Assembly (NCBI GenBank): GCA_022813965.1
Contig: JALDZS010000001.1
Coordinates: forward strand, 1-64,000
Direction of reading: 5' to 3'
Length of the DNA: 64,000 bases
Origin: Toensbergia leucococca
Taxonomy: Eukaryota
Below are positions 47,775-60,265 of the stretch, piece after piece. Both the position numbers and the translations under genes were made by a program. The notes under the pieces were generated by a model. It was given only the letters and a program-made list of their open reading frames with translations. It was not told where the DNA came from and searched no databases. The first letter of the stretch is position 1. The number at the start of each line of letters is the position of its first letter.

Positions 47775-49393
47775 TCAAAATTGTGCCGCCACATTCTTGG
47801 ATCTCTCTACCTCCTCAAGCAATCGCATCACCTTTCTTGCATTCCCAACCGAGTTCTGATACCTATCCCATGCATATTAGCTCTTCATCTCTAGCTCACA
47901 TTACTTGCATATCAAAGACTCACCCTGCGCCGGCATGACCATAAGAATGCACAACATCATATTTCTCACCCACAAGCTCAATTTCAACCCTCGGTCCCGC
48001 TTGCCTCCACGGCCTCAACCCAGCCTGCACACTCAACACCTCAAACTCCCCATCCTCCCCCAGCAGTTCGGGCGTCAAATCCTTACACCCGTCTAAAATT
48101 CCCCTTAGAATATCCTCACTAGCATTAGTATCCCTACCAATGCATCAGCACCACAAATTCCAAACCACCTACAAAGGAACTCACCAAACCCCAACCTCCC
48201 TCGTGCCCCCCAATACAGTCTCCCCGTCCCCTATCCTAGGTATGACGTACCCGGTCCTCCCCTCTGCATCTTCTATCCTCATCCTCACTCCCCCAATTTC
48301 CCCCTTGACCCTCACAGTAACCCCCCTCACCGCTTCTACCCCATCATCCCCCACCAGAGCCCCAGCCCCAATCCCTGTCGCATTAACCCAAGCCCTTACT
48401 TCGCCCCTCCCGCTCCTCCTAATCAGCCCAGCCGCCTCCTCCAAAGCACCCTCAAACCCCCCCTCGGTTGACAACCGCGCTTTAACAATAACCCCTCCCG
48501 CACCAACAAAGCGTGAAAGAAGGTACTGCAAGTAACGAGGCACATTTACAACAACAGTAGTGAAACTGACACCGTATTGGATACCCGTCGGGAGGTCCTC
48601 ATGCGAGATAACCGCAAAATCCTCGACAACATCCGCCCACCAAAGAGGCAGCGCAGGGCGCTCTGGCCTGAAACAATAATTAGAACCACTTCATCGAGTC
48701 TTTGCAGGAAAAGGGGGGGGAAATGTACCAATAGATAGCCGAAGAGCAGATCTTCGCTCCAGAAATCCAAAAACAAATCAGTAAAGAAACAAAAGTACCC
48801 ATCCATACCCCAGAAAACAAACCCCCTTCCACCCCCACGCCCCAAAAAAAAAAGAAAAAGAGAGAGACTAAAAAAAAAACGTACCCCCAACCCCAGCCCC
48901 CCCTCCCGCCCCCTCTTCTCCTCCGCCCGCACACTCGCCATCCACGCCCGATAAGTCTCCCCATCCCACCCGCACGCTTCCTCTCCCCGCTCAGCATGCG
49001 TCCGCCAATGCCCTCCCGCCCTACCTAATCATCAGCCTCAAAACCCCCAGCCCCCAACCTTCCGCCAAAGCTCCCACCTTTGCACCCAGCTTTGATCATC
49101 TGCTTAAGAATTTTGAGGGGTGGGGGAGACATGCGGTGGAGGGAATGGGATCGGGGCTTACCAAGGGGAGGTGTAGAGCGGGTGCAGATCGCCGGGGGTG
49201 TGTTCTGCTATTATGGTGACGGGGTAGGAGGCGGATTGGAGGGTTAGGGCTGTGGAGAGGGCGATGATGCCGGCGCTGTTTTTTTAATAGGGGGGTTAAG
49301 GGGTTAGTTTTATTGATTGGGTGGTGTGGGCAAGGTGGGGGAGGGGGTGGAATACCCTATTATTGCGATGTGGGGTTTGGGTGGATCTGTCAT
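47775..49393 (-). CDS. D-amino acid oxidase family flavoprotein; about six introns; internal exon boundaries approximate
   Basis: HIAIIG|AGIIALSTA..YTSPW|AGGHW, VNVPRYLQYL, VNATGIGA..VRG, YVIPR..VLGGT, GLRP and VVHSYGHAGAG|YQNSVG. Confidence 0.88.
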
Positions 49394-50986
49394 TTTCTTT
49401 GGTTTTCTTATTTCTTAATTTCTCGTTTCTTGGGGAGGGAGGAAGAGCTTATATATGGGGGGAGGCTAAAGAAAAAAGGACTAAGAAAAGCAGAGCAGCG
49501 ATAACCATCAAAACAGAAATTTCATATTCCCAATCTCTAGCGCCGTGTCAAGCTAAGCCGCAGCTCTCCGGAGACATTCCTGCTCAATCGAGCCATTGGT
49601 TTCGCTCCCACCACTAGAAACAGAACAACCTCCAAAAGCTCTCAACCAGACCTAGACCTCAACTGTTACTGCGTCTTAAACGCACGGACAGCCCTTCACT
49701 TTCAAACACAGATAGAGCCCTCCACATCGGCCTCTCCTAGATTATCTTCCGAGGATCAAGGCTTAGCTACGTGAAGCAGAAACCAACGCTCGGTTGACGA
49801 ATTTCATAAATTCAACAAAGATGCGAGAATCACGGTTCAGTAGCCCGATGCTATTGTAGTGTCGACCAAACTCCTCGGATCTCAGCTTGAGGACGATCAC
49901 TCCACCCCAGGCCGCAAGTTTTTGGAGTGAGTAAGTGTTGTTAGACAATGGAGGGCTGTCAGGTGGGTAGTTGTGGAATCGACGTATTCCACAGCTGCCG
50001 AAATGGTAGGTCTGATATCAGATATGGAAGGAGGCCAGATCTCGCTTTGGATTATTGAAGGCTGTTCGTCATCAGTGATAGGGATGGATGACAAGAAATA
50101 GTGTGTACGCACCTTGCCAAGGACTTCTTGTCAAATATGCGAAATCGGATGCGTTAGGAGTAAAGAGAGGTGCTTGAAGTTCGAATTACTGAATAGCAAG
50201 ATAGTGATGTATGTCAATCCCCGCGATATTGGTAAACTCTCCGTAAGAGCTTTGAGAGCTGTCTCTTCAATGTGCATTTGCGTGTGGGTCCTCAATCCAT
50301 CCAGTATAATTAATCGAGGAACAAATCAAGAACAGTGAGACTCGGTACTCGGTCGTCCTAATTCCTGGCTTTGTGGATGTGAGAACACTTAACACTGTCT
50401 TGAAACTTTTCTCGGTTCGCCCTGACACAAGCATTGATCTTTGATCACCTCTTCAGGCCATTCCTTTGAATATGGAGAAGCGTAAATTGCTACTGTCTGC
50501 CAAGGATACTCCGAACATAGCATCCTTCACGCCATCGCCAGCGTCCGCACGTCGTATCGATAGAATCATTTCATTGCACTACGAGCGACTCAATGATTCC
50601 GATAGCCAAATGACTTGAGTCATAAGGCCTGATTTTGGGGATCGTGGCTACGAAGCCTCTCGCTCAAGCTTTCGAAAAGAAGGTGCGGTCGTATGGGCGT
50701 CATTAGGAAGCTCTTACCATCCTGACTCAACGGGTCTCATGCTCGATCGCCGAGATCAACGCTTGCATGCTGCAGAAATGATTGTTAGAGGCTATCCAGA
50801 AACAACATCGACGCATGAAATTTTCTGCTAAGGCGGTTCACTTCGTGGTGCAAAAATGACTATCCAATGGGTTTCCATGCCCTTCACGCAAAGGTTTGAT
50901 ATACTCGACGTAGCTGGAAATTTTCGTGAATACCTGATGGCTGAATCGCAAGTGCAGCGTGAATGGAAGAAAGATCTAAGGAGAAT

Positions 50987-52297
50987 TCATGAGAGGGCTA
51001 AGCTTAGTTGATCCAACGGTGGCGTGATTCTGCGCTTTGTGATGTCGCGCCCGTTAGTCGAGTCTGCGGTATCCTCGAATTTTCGCTTCGTGCCAGAGCT
51101 GGGAATTCGTGCCGTGCCATTTTGTCCGTTTGGTTCCATTTGGGCGTCCGACGCTTTCCGTGCTTCCTCAACCTTCGCTCTAGCATCTTGGTGTCGCTTC
51201 TTCCACTCGTCTCGTACCTTCTTCGAATTTCTAATCAGGTCATCCTTTGTGACCTTATCCTGTATGCTTTCTATCACACTATTCACCGTGCTTATGTGAT
51301 TGGCTTCTTTCTTGTCGTCTCGAAAGCGTAGAAATCTCCATCTACTTTTCTGGTCTTGGACACACTCAACCACCCGACCGTCAAGGGGTTGATTCATACA
51401 CCTAAGACCTTCCCATTCCGCTTCGTCCATGAACAGAGTGCTAAATGTAAGATTCTCTCCACCGTTGTGGAGCACTTCAAGGTGAACAATTGGCATCGCA
51501 TCATAGTCAACGTATGGGCTTCTATCCTCGTCATCGGGATCTGGATCGGCCATAGGGAATTCCAATTTCAATCTGAAATCGATGGAATTCTCATCTTCGG
51601 GCTTCCATTTCAGGATATTCTGGTCTGTTCCGAACTGATATGGCGAATTAACGCAAGTGAAAATTAAACCATCACTCCCATGAGGAAGGTGCGGTAGGAT
51701 CTCTTTGAACATCATTTCAATACCGTAGCTAAACTCCATCTTCTTAAAGTCGACATCGAATTTGAGATACTGTTTCTCATCTGGATATTTCAGGTACAAC
51801 GTCTGATAGGGATTAAAGACTGCATCCCGGAAGTACGCAAGTCGCTTATCCAGTGTTCGATGCATCAAGCTAGTTCCATCAAGCATCAAGCAGTCGAAGA
51901 CTAAATACTTGAGCTCGGTTTCTCCGTTCGGTTGAAGATCGTTGACAAGTTCCCCATCGACCAGGGTGTTCGTATGGAAATCTCGTTCATCGGTAGCGAG
52001 GGGGAAGTGAAGGCCGGCGACATGATAATAGTCGTTTTTTCGATCAATCAAATAAGTTACTTCATCGGGTCCATCGCATGTAAGGTACATAAGACAGCGC
52101 ATGCCATCAGACTTTTCACATAGATAATAATCTTGTTTCTGGAGCTCGGGAAGATGTCGGGCTGAAAAGCTCACGGGTTGTGCACCTGGAAACTTGGGGG
52201 TACGTCGGTTAAGTAAGCCTGCCACCTCCTGCTGAAGGGTATGGAGAAGATCCCCTTCAGCCTTGATGCCTGGAATGACTGGCACTGATCCTCCCAT
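50987..52297 (-). CDS. CEG1: mRNA capping enzyme, guanylyltransferase subunit
   Basis: FPGAQPVSF, CEKSDGMR (KxDG), TLVDGELV, DGLIFT, LKWKP and RFRDDKKEANH. Confidence 0.96.
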   Translation of the reverse strand: MGGSVPVIPGIKAEGDLLHTLQQEVAGLLNRRTPKFPGAQPVSFSARHLPELQKQDYYLCEKSDGMRCLMYLTCDGPDEVTYLIDRKNDYYHVAGLHFPLATDERDFHTNTLVDGELVNDLQPNGETELKYLVFDCLMLDGTSLMHRTLDKRLAYFRDAVFNPYQTLYLKYPDEKQYLKFDVDFKKMEFSYGIEMMFKEILPHLPHGSDGLIFTCVNSPYQFGTDQNILKWKPEDENSIDFRLKLEFPMADPDPDDEDRSPYVDYDAMPIVHLEVLHNGGENLTFSTLFMDEAEWEGLRCMNQPLDGRVVECVQDQKSRWRFLRFRDDKKEANHISTVNSVIESIQDKVTKDDLIRNSKKVRDEWKKRHQDARAKVEEARKASDAQMEPNGQNGTARIPSSGTKRKFEDTADSTNGRDITKRRITPPLDQLSLALS

Positions 52298-53244
52298 GTT
52301 TAATATTTAGGTCAAAATCGGTACTCTAAACGGACATGAAGGTTCGGAAACTGTTTCTGCTGTCAGAAAGTTGGGGTATGGGAAGGTCCTTAAGTATCAG
52401 ACAAGATGGAGCATGTGGAAGGAAGTTTGCCGGAAAGGGAAAAGCTTTATAGGACCATGCCTCCTTTGAGATTTAACTCATGTGATAGTTGCCTCGAACA
52501 ACTCTAATAACGCGGACCTCACAACATTCACATAATCTTGAGATTGACTGGCCATGTGTATGAGCCGTAATGAGGCAGTGCTATCACAGGCAGAGTGGAT
52601 ATTGTCGTTGATGGTTGAAGTTTAAGCAAAAGGGAGACGAGAATAAAGAATCAAGGATGCCAAGCGACGGCATCTTCCGTCATTCAGCCCTACGATGTTT
52701 GGCGAAGAAGAGAGTGAAAATGCAAATGGGGGAGGGGAAAGGATGGACGAAGACGGTGAAGACGGGGCCGATGGTTTGGGGACAGTCCAAGGTGAGTTCA
52801 CCATGGCAAGGCCAGGACAGGATGATGGGCAGTGCTCGTTTCTCATACGACGGCGAGTGGGTTGGCGACTGAAATGCTACCAGGGGGAGTGATTGAACCT
52901 AATCGGTTAGCGTGGATTGCTAGAAGCTGCACTCCAATCCCACTGGAGACTGCGACACGCCGAGGCCAATTAAATTATTGACGACGACGACACGCGATTA
53001 TTATTGTTGTCGCGGCTCCCGAATCGCAATAGTCTTGGTAAGTCGATTGCATCCAACTCCTATTGTGCTCGAAATGTCCATGACCTGATGGCGAACCGTG
53101 CATCAATTCACTTGTTCCTCGTCAACTGTCATCAAGTCATGGCACTATCTCATCCATCATGGCCAGCACGTCTGCTGTTTCGCCAGCAGCATATGCTGAT
53201 AAGACTTTCCAGTACAGTAAAATGCCTGCCTGAACACCTTTTCG

Positions 53245-56069
53245 ATGGTCGAGGCCATCCTTATCCAACCACCCCCGAAACCCATGCCTTCTCCTAATTC
53301 AAGTGAGACTCCCCGGCAAGAAGATTCCTCGAAAGACCTATCGCAGAACGGTTCTCGCGATGCTGAAGGCTTAGGAGAAGATGCAGTCATCAATGTAACC
53401 CATTCAAATGGCCGGCCGGTAGAAATCCAGCGGAGAGATTCCATTCAGGAAGGAAAACAGAAGGCGAAGGAGGTCATGGCAGCCTCGGGACTATCTAGAA
53501 GCTCCCCGGAAAAGAAGGACACTGTCATGGAGAAGTCAAAGACTCCACCAGCAAGAGAAGAAGGAGCGATGAACGGCACCTTCCAAAGTAGGAAGCGCTC
53601 TCGATCTGGTACACGAATCACTCGACCCTCAAACCCTCCGTCATCTGAGCTTCCACAGAGAACGCGCCAGGCTGCCGAAAAAGTCCTGCTCGAACAGTAT
53701 GTCAACCGTGACCTGATACATTCGGCAGCCATGATTGTGGACAAATTCGAGCAGAACCGTCTTATCCGATCAAAAGTCGAAGAGATAGACGAATACAAAA
53801 ATCATCGCCATGAACGCCAACTTAATCCTGCTGCTGTCTTCGGACATGGTTATGCAGGCTACGGCAATGGAAATACCAACATACAAAGCCGAGGACCAGT
53901 GATTATCTTTCCAGTGCAAAGAAAGCGTCCTGGAGGGAGGAAAACAAAAGAGCTTCGCGTGCCCAGAAAGGATCTCCTTACGCAATCGGATCAGCTTGAC
54001 GAACTTGTACCTGTGAGGTTAGATATAGAATGGGATAAGATCAGATTGCGCGATACCTTTACATGGAATCTGCATGATCGAGTCGTGGCCCCTGAATTAT
54101 ACGCGGAGCAATTGATTGAAGACTTCAAGTTGCCGCCTGAACAATGTGGATCTCTCGTGCGACTGGTATGTACGAGTATTCAAGAACAGATACAAAATTT
54201 CCATCCTCAGATTTTTATTGATGAAGAAGCTCTCGATCCGCACCTTCCATACCATGCGTACAAGAATGATGAAATGCGGATTACCATCAAGCTGAATATA
54301 ACGATTGGTCAGCATACCCTTGTAGATCAATTCGAATGGGAAATCAACAACCCCATGAATTCTCCCGAGGAATTTGCGAGGCAGATGACACGCGACCTCT
54401 CGTTGTCCGGCGAATTCACCACAGCTATTGCACACTCGATCCGGGAGCAAAGTCAACTGTTCACTCGAAGTCTCTACGTGACAGGACATCCCTTCGATGG
54501 CCGACCTGTTGAGGACCAAGAGTTGAAAGCAGGTTTCTTGCCATCTCCATTGCCATCACCTTTCCGTCCCTATCAAGCAGCCAAAGACTTTACTCCGTAT
54601 CTCTACGAACTCAACGAAGCCGAGTTGGAGAAGACCGAATTGTCGCTATCGAGAGAAGAACGGCGCCAGAAACGTTCGGTCAATCGACGTGGCGGACCTA
54701 CACTCCCAGATCTTAAGGATCGTCGGCGTACCATACGAACCTTGGTTGTGTCGTCAGTTCTTCCTGGCGCGGCGGAGACATTGGAAGACAGCAGGATCTT
54801 CAAACGAACCGCTGCTGCATCTGGTAGAGGACGTCGACCTGGCCATGGTCCAAAAGATGGTCTAGACGATTCGGATGAATCCGACAGCGACGATTCTTCT
54901 CGTGATTCGCCTGCTATTCCCGCACATCTTCTTGCTGGCACTGCGCGAACTCGGGGCATGAGAGGTGCAGCAACAGTGGCACAAGCGGCCATGCGTGGAA
55001 CATTTGGACGATCCGCAACTCCAGAAGCTTCAATAATACATCAACACGAGACACGTACAGGAGGGAGGCGATTTGGAGGCAAAGATTATCGAGAAGAAAG
55101 CGTAGACGATACGGCAACTTACATTATCAAACTTCGAATATCTCCAGAGAAATACCGGCAATTCATGCGAGATCAGAAAACGAGAATCAAACCCGAGCCC
55201 CTATCATTGACATCAAATTCACGCCTCTCATCACATCGATCTCAGAGTGGGACTCCCGGCCTAGGTACACCGGCGCCTGGCTCCATGGGGCCCCCACCTA
55301 CTACGCCAGGAACTCAACAACAGCAGCTTCCTAGACAGCAAAGTAGTGTACAGCAGTCGCATCAAAGCCATGGGACTACACCGGGGAGGCCGCCGCTTCA
55401 TCCGCACGGTGCATCAATAGGGAGGGTGGATGCGAAGGCTCCACCTGGCCCAGATCATCCTATAGTAAGTCAAAGGTCTCATTACATTGTGAGAAAGCGA
55501 TGCCGCACCAGGGTTGCTTGAGGCAGTACATACAACTTTCAATATGCCGATTGGATGAGGATCGGACAAATACCATCAATCTCGGAGTAAAGATTCCCCT
55601 ATCCTTGCTTGCTAACACTGAGTTATGTAAAATACTGGATGGTTCATTTTGCTTCCACCTACTTATGTGTCTCGTACAAATATCATTGAGATAATAAGCA
55701 ATACTCTACTTTACGCAAAGATTTGAACTCAACTAACAGACTCCCTTCATTTAGCCCGAACCCCCCGGCTGGCTTACAGTCGCCCTCGCACGCCTCCAAA
55801 ACAACTATCCTAACGACTCCTTCGAAGGTAATATGCGCTACACTGCCGTCTCCACCATTACTGACCTCCCCGTCTCCGTCCGCCCCGATGCCCCCACTCC
55901 AGAAAATGTGAAGTTCATGTATTATCCAAGGATAAGGTGTAAAGACTGTCCGGGCAAGCTGTACACGCCGGGTCCGGAAACGGGTGTGAACAATTTTGAG
56001 GTTCATTTGAAGAACAAAATCCATCGGGAGAAAGTAGAGAGACGTATCAAAGGGGAGGATCCTATTTGA
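53245..56069 (+). CDS. SNF5: SWI/SNF subunit Snf5; intron 55465-55754; start could be 53284
   Basis: LVPVRLDIE..LRDTFTWN, RITIKLNITIGQHTLVDQFEW, GEFTTAIAHSIREQ and a C-terminal CKDCPGKLY..FEVHLKN zinc-finger-like segment. Confidence 0.93.
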
Positions 56070-57141
56070 AAGGAATTTGCATGATCGAAGGCGCAGAAAG
56101 TCTCAGGATCTAGCACTCTTTGGTGTTGACTAGGTTGGATTGTAATATCAAGATGATGAGCCCCAAGAAACTCGCTAAGAAAGGGGAGGTTGGTTAATCA
56201 ACAGATTCGGTTAGCCGCACTTTGGTACACCGGTAGGACACTTTAACTCCAAAACAATCAACAATTCTCATATTCTTACTTGACATCGTACGCTCACTGT
56301 AAATTTCTGATACATAACGTTCTTTGCCGTGGCCGTTGCAACAAGATAGCGCTTCTAGGTCTTGCATAGATAAGGTATGTCTGTGATACACCATTACACT
56401 CAACAAGAAAGATATAACGCGTCGTGAAGATATTCCTGTATACTAACAATGACACAGTTCCTGCCTGTGTGCGTTTTGACACCCGTAAGTCTGCAGTGCT
56501 TCTGCGGTTCTGTACTGGTACCTCTATACCCCTAAATCATAAACGTTATGATATCTCTTGGCTGTCGTCGGGGTGATATCTTTGGTCTGTCAGTGGGAAA
56601 ATCATACTGGATCTTCGGACGCTCTGAATATCATCTCTCAAGGAGCACAAGAGCGTCACAGGACATGACAGTTGAAGCATTGCAGAGAAGTTCAAATGTA
56701 TATCGGCGTGAGAAAAGGGGCAACCCCCCTATTGCGAGATCTTCGCTTCTTGGCCTAAGGCGAAAGGATCTCATTGGCTGCCTGCTGTGTCGACGACTAA
56801 GCGCTGAGAAATGCACTGTATACCTGAGCGCAGACCAGACCTTATGTCGACCTCATGTCCTATGTTGCGTTTCCCATTCTTTGGTTTACTTCCAAGACCA
56901 CCACCACACCCTGTTTGCTACCACTACTCCCAATCTTTCACCACCACTGTCTGTCCTCTACTATCATCTGTCTTGCTCTTTAAGACAACATACATACTGC
57001 TCTTCGAGATATCGTCCATCCTACTCTTCCAGCCATCATTGCTTCTACTCTTCGAGGTTTCATTTTTCTTCAGTTGCTTTGATACTCCTGCTCCGACACC
57101 ATTCCACATCTCCATTTCTTCCCCTATCACTAATTCGAATC

Positions 57142-58905
57142 ATGTCACCATCATCATCCTTCGACTTGGAATTGGCAGAAATGGCACGCGTGTCAAGCGC
57201 TTACCTTAACCAGGTCGCTACAGATGAGAGCTCGAGTCTTGCAGCAGTAGATACTATCATCGCTAGTACAGAAGCTGTCATCACCAGCACCGAAGCCAAC
57301 ACTGCTAGTATCGAAGTCACCGCCAGTACTGAAGCTACTAGCGTCAGTACCGAGTCTATCACCAGCACTGAAGCCAATACTGCAAGCACCGAAGCTATCA
57401 TCAACAGCACCGAAGCTATCACCAACACCGAAGCTATCACCAGCACCGAAGCTGTCTCTCCCAGTGCTGAAGCAGTTACAGCCAGTACCGAAGCCGCCCG
57501 GATTAAGGTCGAATTGCCAGACAGTCGTGGTGAAATTGTGGAGACATCGATCGAAGCGATTCTTCCGGCTCCTTCTAGCATAAATCTGCAAGAACAATCC
57601 ACAATGGCGCCCTCAACACCATTGACTCCTACTGAGAGAGCGGAGAAGGCGGAGAGAGCGGTTCAAAACATGACATGGGGTTCTCCGACCATTCCCACTC
57701 GGGCCCCCTCCCCAACCCTCCTGCTCTCGACTGCGCTCGCAGGAGAGACTCTTGACAAGAACGGGGAGGTGGCGGAGGAGGTAGTCTACACGCCAGCAGA
57801 GCTGTTTGAGAGAATTCGGCAATTGGAGATCAGTCTCGCCCCAGAGACAGACTTTGACCAAACGGAGGATAGCATTGGAGGCAAGGCCGGCTCTCTGCTG
57901 TCGATGAATGAGATGATGGGGGGTGAGAAGGGTGGGCGAGAGATGGAGTGTGAGGTGTGGAACCGGCGGATTCGTTCCCAGAAGCCGGTCAACCTCCGGG
58001 ACGGTGTCTGGGGTAATGTCCCCAACATCGTGACGCCCGAAAACATCGACGACTACATACGAGAGCAAAACCGTCTCCGGGGTTTTGGACCCCCGGGAGA
58101 GAGTCGTGAGCCGTCGGGTGCCAGAGACGACTCGGGCCTGTATGAGAGCAGCATTAAGGGCGACGGGGTGGAGGATCCCACTTTGGTGGGCGGGGAGACT
58201 GAGGGCGAGGAGTGGATCACAGACAATGATAACGACCTCTATGAAAGCAGTGTGCGAGGTGACAATAACGGAGCTGGCGAGGTCACTCTCACTGCCAACA
58301 CGGATACCCCAGCTCGGACCGCCACTGCAGACATCGCCGCCCTCTCCTCAAGCTTCCCCACCGAAGACCATCACCTCGCCACCGCTCCCCTCCCCGCCTC
58401 AGACACTCAATCTCAGCGCGACCTACTTACCCACGCCGCCGCTCCCCCTGCCACACTCTCCTCAACCGTCAGTGCCGGAATCCGCGCAAGCACGAGCTCC
58501 CCCATCCAACACCACCACTCCGCCTCCGCTCCCCCTGCCACACTCTCCTCACCCGTCAGTGCCGGAAACCGTGCATGCACAAGCTCCCCAGTCCAATACC
58601 ACCACCCCGCCACCGCTTCCCTCCCCGCCTCAGGCATTCAATATCAGCGTGACCTGGCTACCCAGGCCGCCGCTTCCACTGCCTCCCTCTCTGACACCGC
58701 CTCCGACCACACTGTCACCTTGCAGCATTCTTTCCGCGCCTCCACGCCTACTCCTCTCCAGCACCTGCAGCGTCGTTCCGTCGCCTCGACCGCGTCGTCT
58801 GCGTATAGTGATATGAGTGCTTTTTGGGATGACTTTTGGAATGACGTGGAGCAGCAGATGAATGACACGATTGAGGAGGCTGGGAGGGATGCTGAGCAAG
58901 ATTGA
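57142..58905 (+). CDS. Hypothetical low-complexity protein with STEA heptad repeats and longer Ala/Ser/Pro/His repeats
   Basis: Long uninterrupted ORF with frame-preserving internal repeats. No recognisable domain. Start chosen at the first ATG after the poorly coding-like 5-prime part of the 56548 ORF. Confidence 0.65.
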   Translation: MSPSSSFDLELAEMARVSSAYLNQVATDESSSLAAVDTIIASTEAVITSTEANTASIEVTASTEATSVSTESITSTEANTASTEAIINSTEAITNTEAITSTEAVSPSAEAVTASTEAARIKVELPDSRGEIVETSIEAILPAPSSINLQEQSTMAPSTPLTPTERAEKAERAVQNMTWGSPTIPTRAPSPTLLLSTALAGETLDKNGEVAEEVVYTPAELFERIRQLEISLAPETDFDQTEDSIGGKAGSLLSMNEMMGGEKGGREMECEVWNRRIRSQKPVNLRDGVWGNVPNIVTPENIDDYIREQNRLRGFGPPGESREPSGARDDSGLYESSIKGDGVEDPTLVGGETEGEEWITDNDNDLYESSVRGDNNGAGEVTLTANTDTPARTATADIAALSSSFPTEDHHLATAPLPASDTQSQRDLLTHAAAPPATLSSTVSAGIRASTSSPIQHHHSASAPPATLSSPVSAGNRACTSSPVQYHHPATASLPASGIQYQRDLATQAAASTASLSDTASDHTVTLQHSFRASTPTPLQHLQRRSVASTASSAYSDMSAFWDDFWNDVEQQMNDTIEEAGRDAEQD

Positions 58906-58959
58906 GCGATGGGATTTGGTTGAGATGGGTGTGCTGCTTGTTGTGGGAGAATACCTCTA

Positions 58960-59036
58960 CTCGACTGATGCTCGGCTCGACTGATACAGCACTCGACCGA
59001 TACTGGGCTTAACTGATACCGGGCTCGACATGCCGG
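58960..59036. repeat. 16-bp minisatellite, about 4.5 units (CTCGACTGATACNGGG-like)
   Basis: Units start at 58960, 58976, 58992, 59008 and 59024. Confidence 0.75.
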
Positions 59037-60265
59037 TACACTATCCCCGGTCCACATCCGCGTAATTTTTTTACACGAGTCACGAAGGGGTTCGAGGCTG
59101 CGGTTGAGATGGTTGATACCCACTTTTTCTAATAGTCGATGCGAGGAAGGAAGATTGCATAGACACACCTTAATTTCTGATTGATCCAGGATGCGTCAAT
59201 CAGTTAGTTGGAGTTTTTAATTCATGCTTTCCTCTTTTTGTCGGGAATTGATCGTTACTTTTTGGACACGTGTAGATTTGATTGCCTGACTCGTAGATCT
59301 TGTTGTCTCCTGATTGTAGACGGCGAGAACCTCATCCCCAACCTCCCCATCCTACGCGATATTCCACGAGGGATCCCCCAGGACATGGCTACGAGCTACC
59401 GTGATCACTATTTGGAAGTCTACGATCCAGCTCCCATCAAACCCCCAACCCACATCCCATCCCATCACCCACAAACCTATCCCAAACCCCCCAAGACACA
59501 AAAAGAATGAAGCAACAACCATACATATCTCCCCGGGCCTCCACACCGCTCCTTGGAGACCTCCTTCCCTTCCAATCCTCACAAACACCGATGCAATACC
59601 ACCATCACAACCTCCCCCTCCCTCTAGGGAAGAAGAAACCTTAACCCTACACAAAAACCCCCCCCAACGAAAAATCCCTCACCGTCGAAGTGAGAAAAAA
59701 TCTTCAGCTAACAAAAAAAACTCCCCAAGATCTTGATGAAGCGAAAAAACATAATCCCGCTTCGCATACATCAGCCCCCCTTTTTTTTCCTCTCTGTTTG
59801 AGAAGTTCTGGTTTACTTGGATACGAAAGAAGCCTCGATAGCACAAGGTCATGTGTGTATACATATGTGTGGAGAGAGAGAGGGGCAGATGCGTTGTGTG
59901 GGTAGAAATACACGTAGGTCAGGGTCAATGAGGCGAGGGAGGGGGACAAATGATTCAGTAGAGGAGGGGGACTGAGATGATGTTAAAGTGCATGAAATAG
60001 ACAATGAGCTTTTTTTCATGAGAGAGGAACATTTCTTTGAGGTGTGAGATGGTAGTATTCTTCGGTGAATCTCACGAGTCAAGGTCAACAGTAAGAGAGT
60101 CGAAAATAATGAGGGAGGGCGTTGATGCTACGGCGGATATCACTGAAGTCATAGGTAGCGAGTACAGGAGCTCAATAGCGCTGCACTACAAAAGAATATG
60201 TGATTTGGTTCTCTCTATTTCTCACTGTAGCAGCCCCTCCCTATTTCTCCCCTCTTTCTCACAGT

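Noticed and set aside
49763..50440. Protein-like minus-strand fragments with in-frame stops between DAO and CEG1
   Set aside because: No recognisable homology; pseudogene status cannot be established by eye.
52615..52892. Short acidic ORFs between CEG1 and SNF5
   Set aside because: Several overlapping frames in purine-rich promoter/UTR sequence; none stands out.
55465..55754. Long SNF5 intron as a possible box C/D snoRNA host
   Set aside because: Only a degenerate C-box-like GATGAGGA and an isolated CTGA; no terminal stem or recognisable guide.
56548..57141. 5-prime extension of the 785-aa ORF
   Set aside because: Composition looks like UTR sequence (Cys/His/Ser/Leu-rich, unstructured); ATG 57142 preferred.
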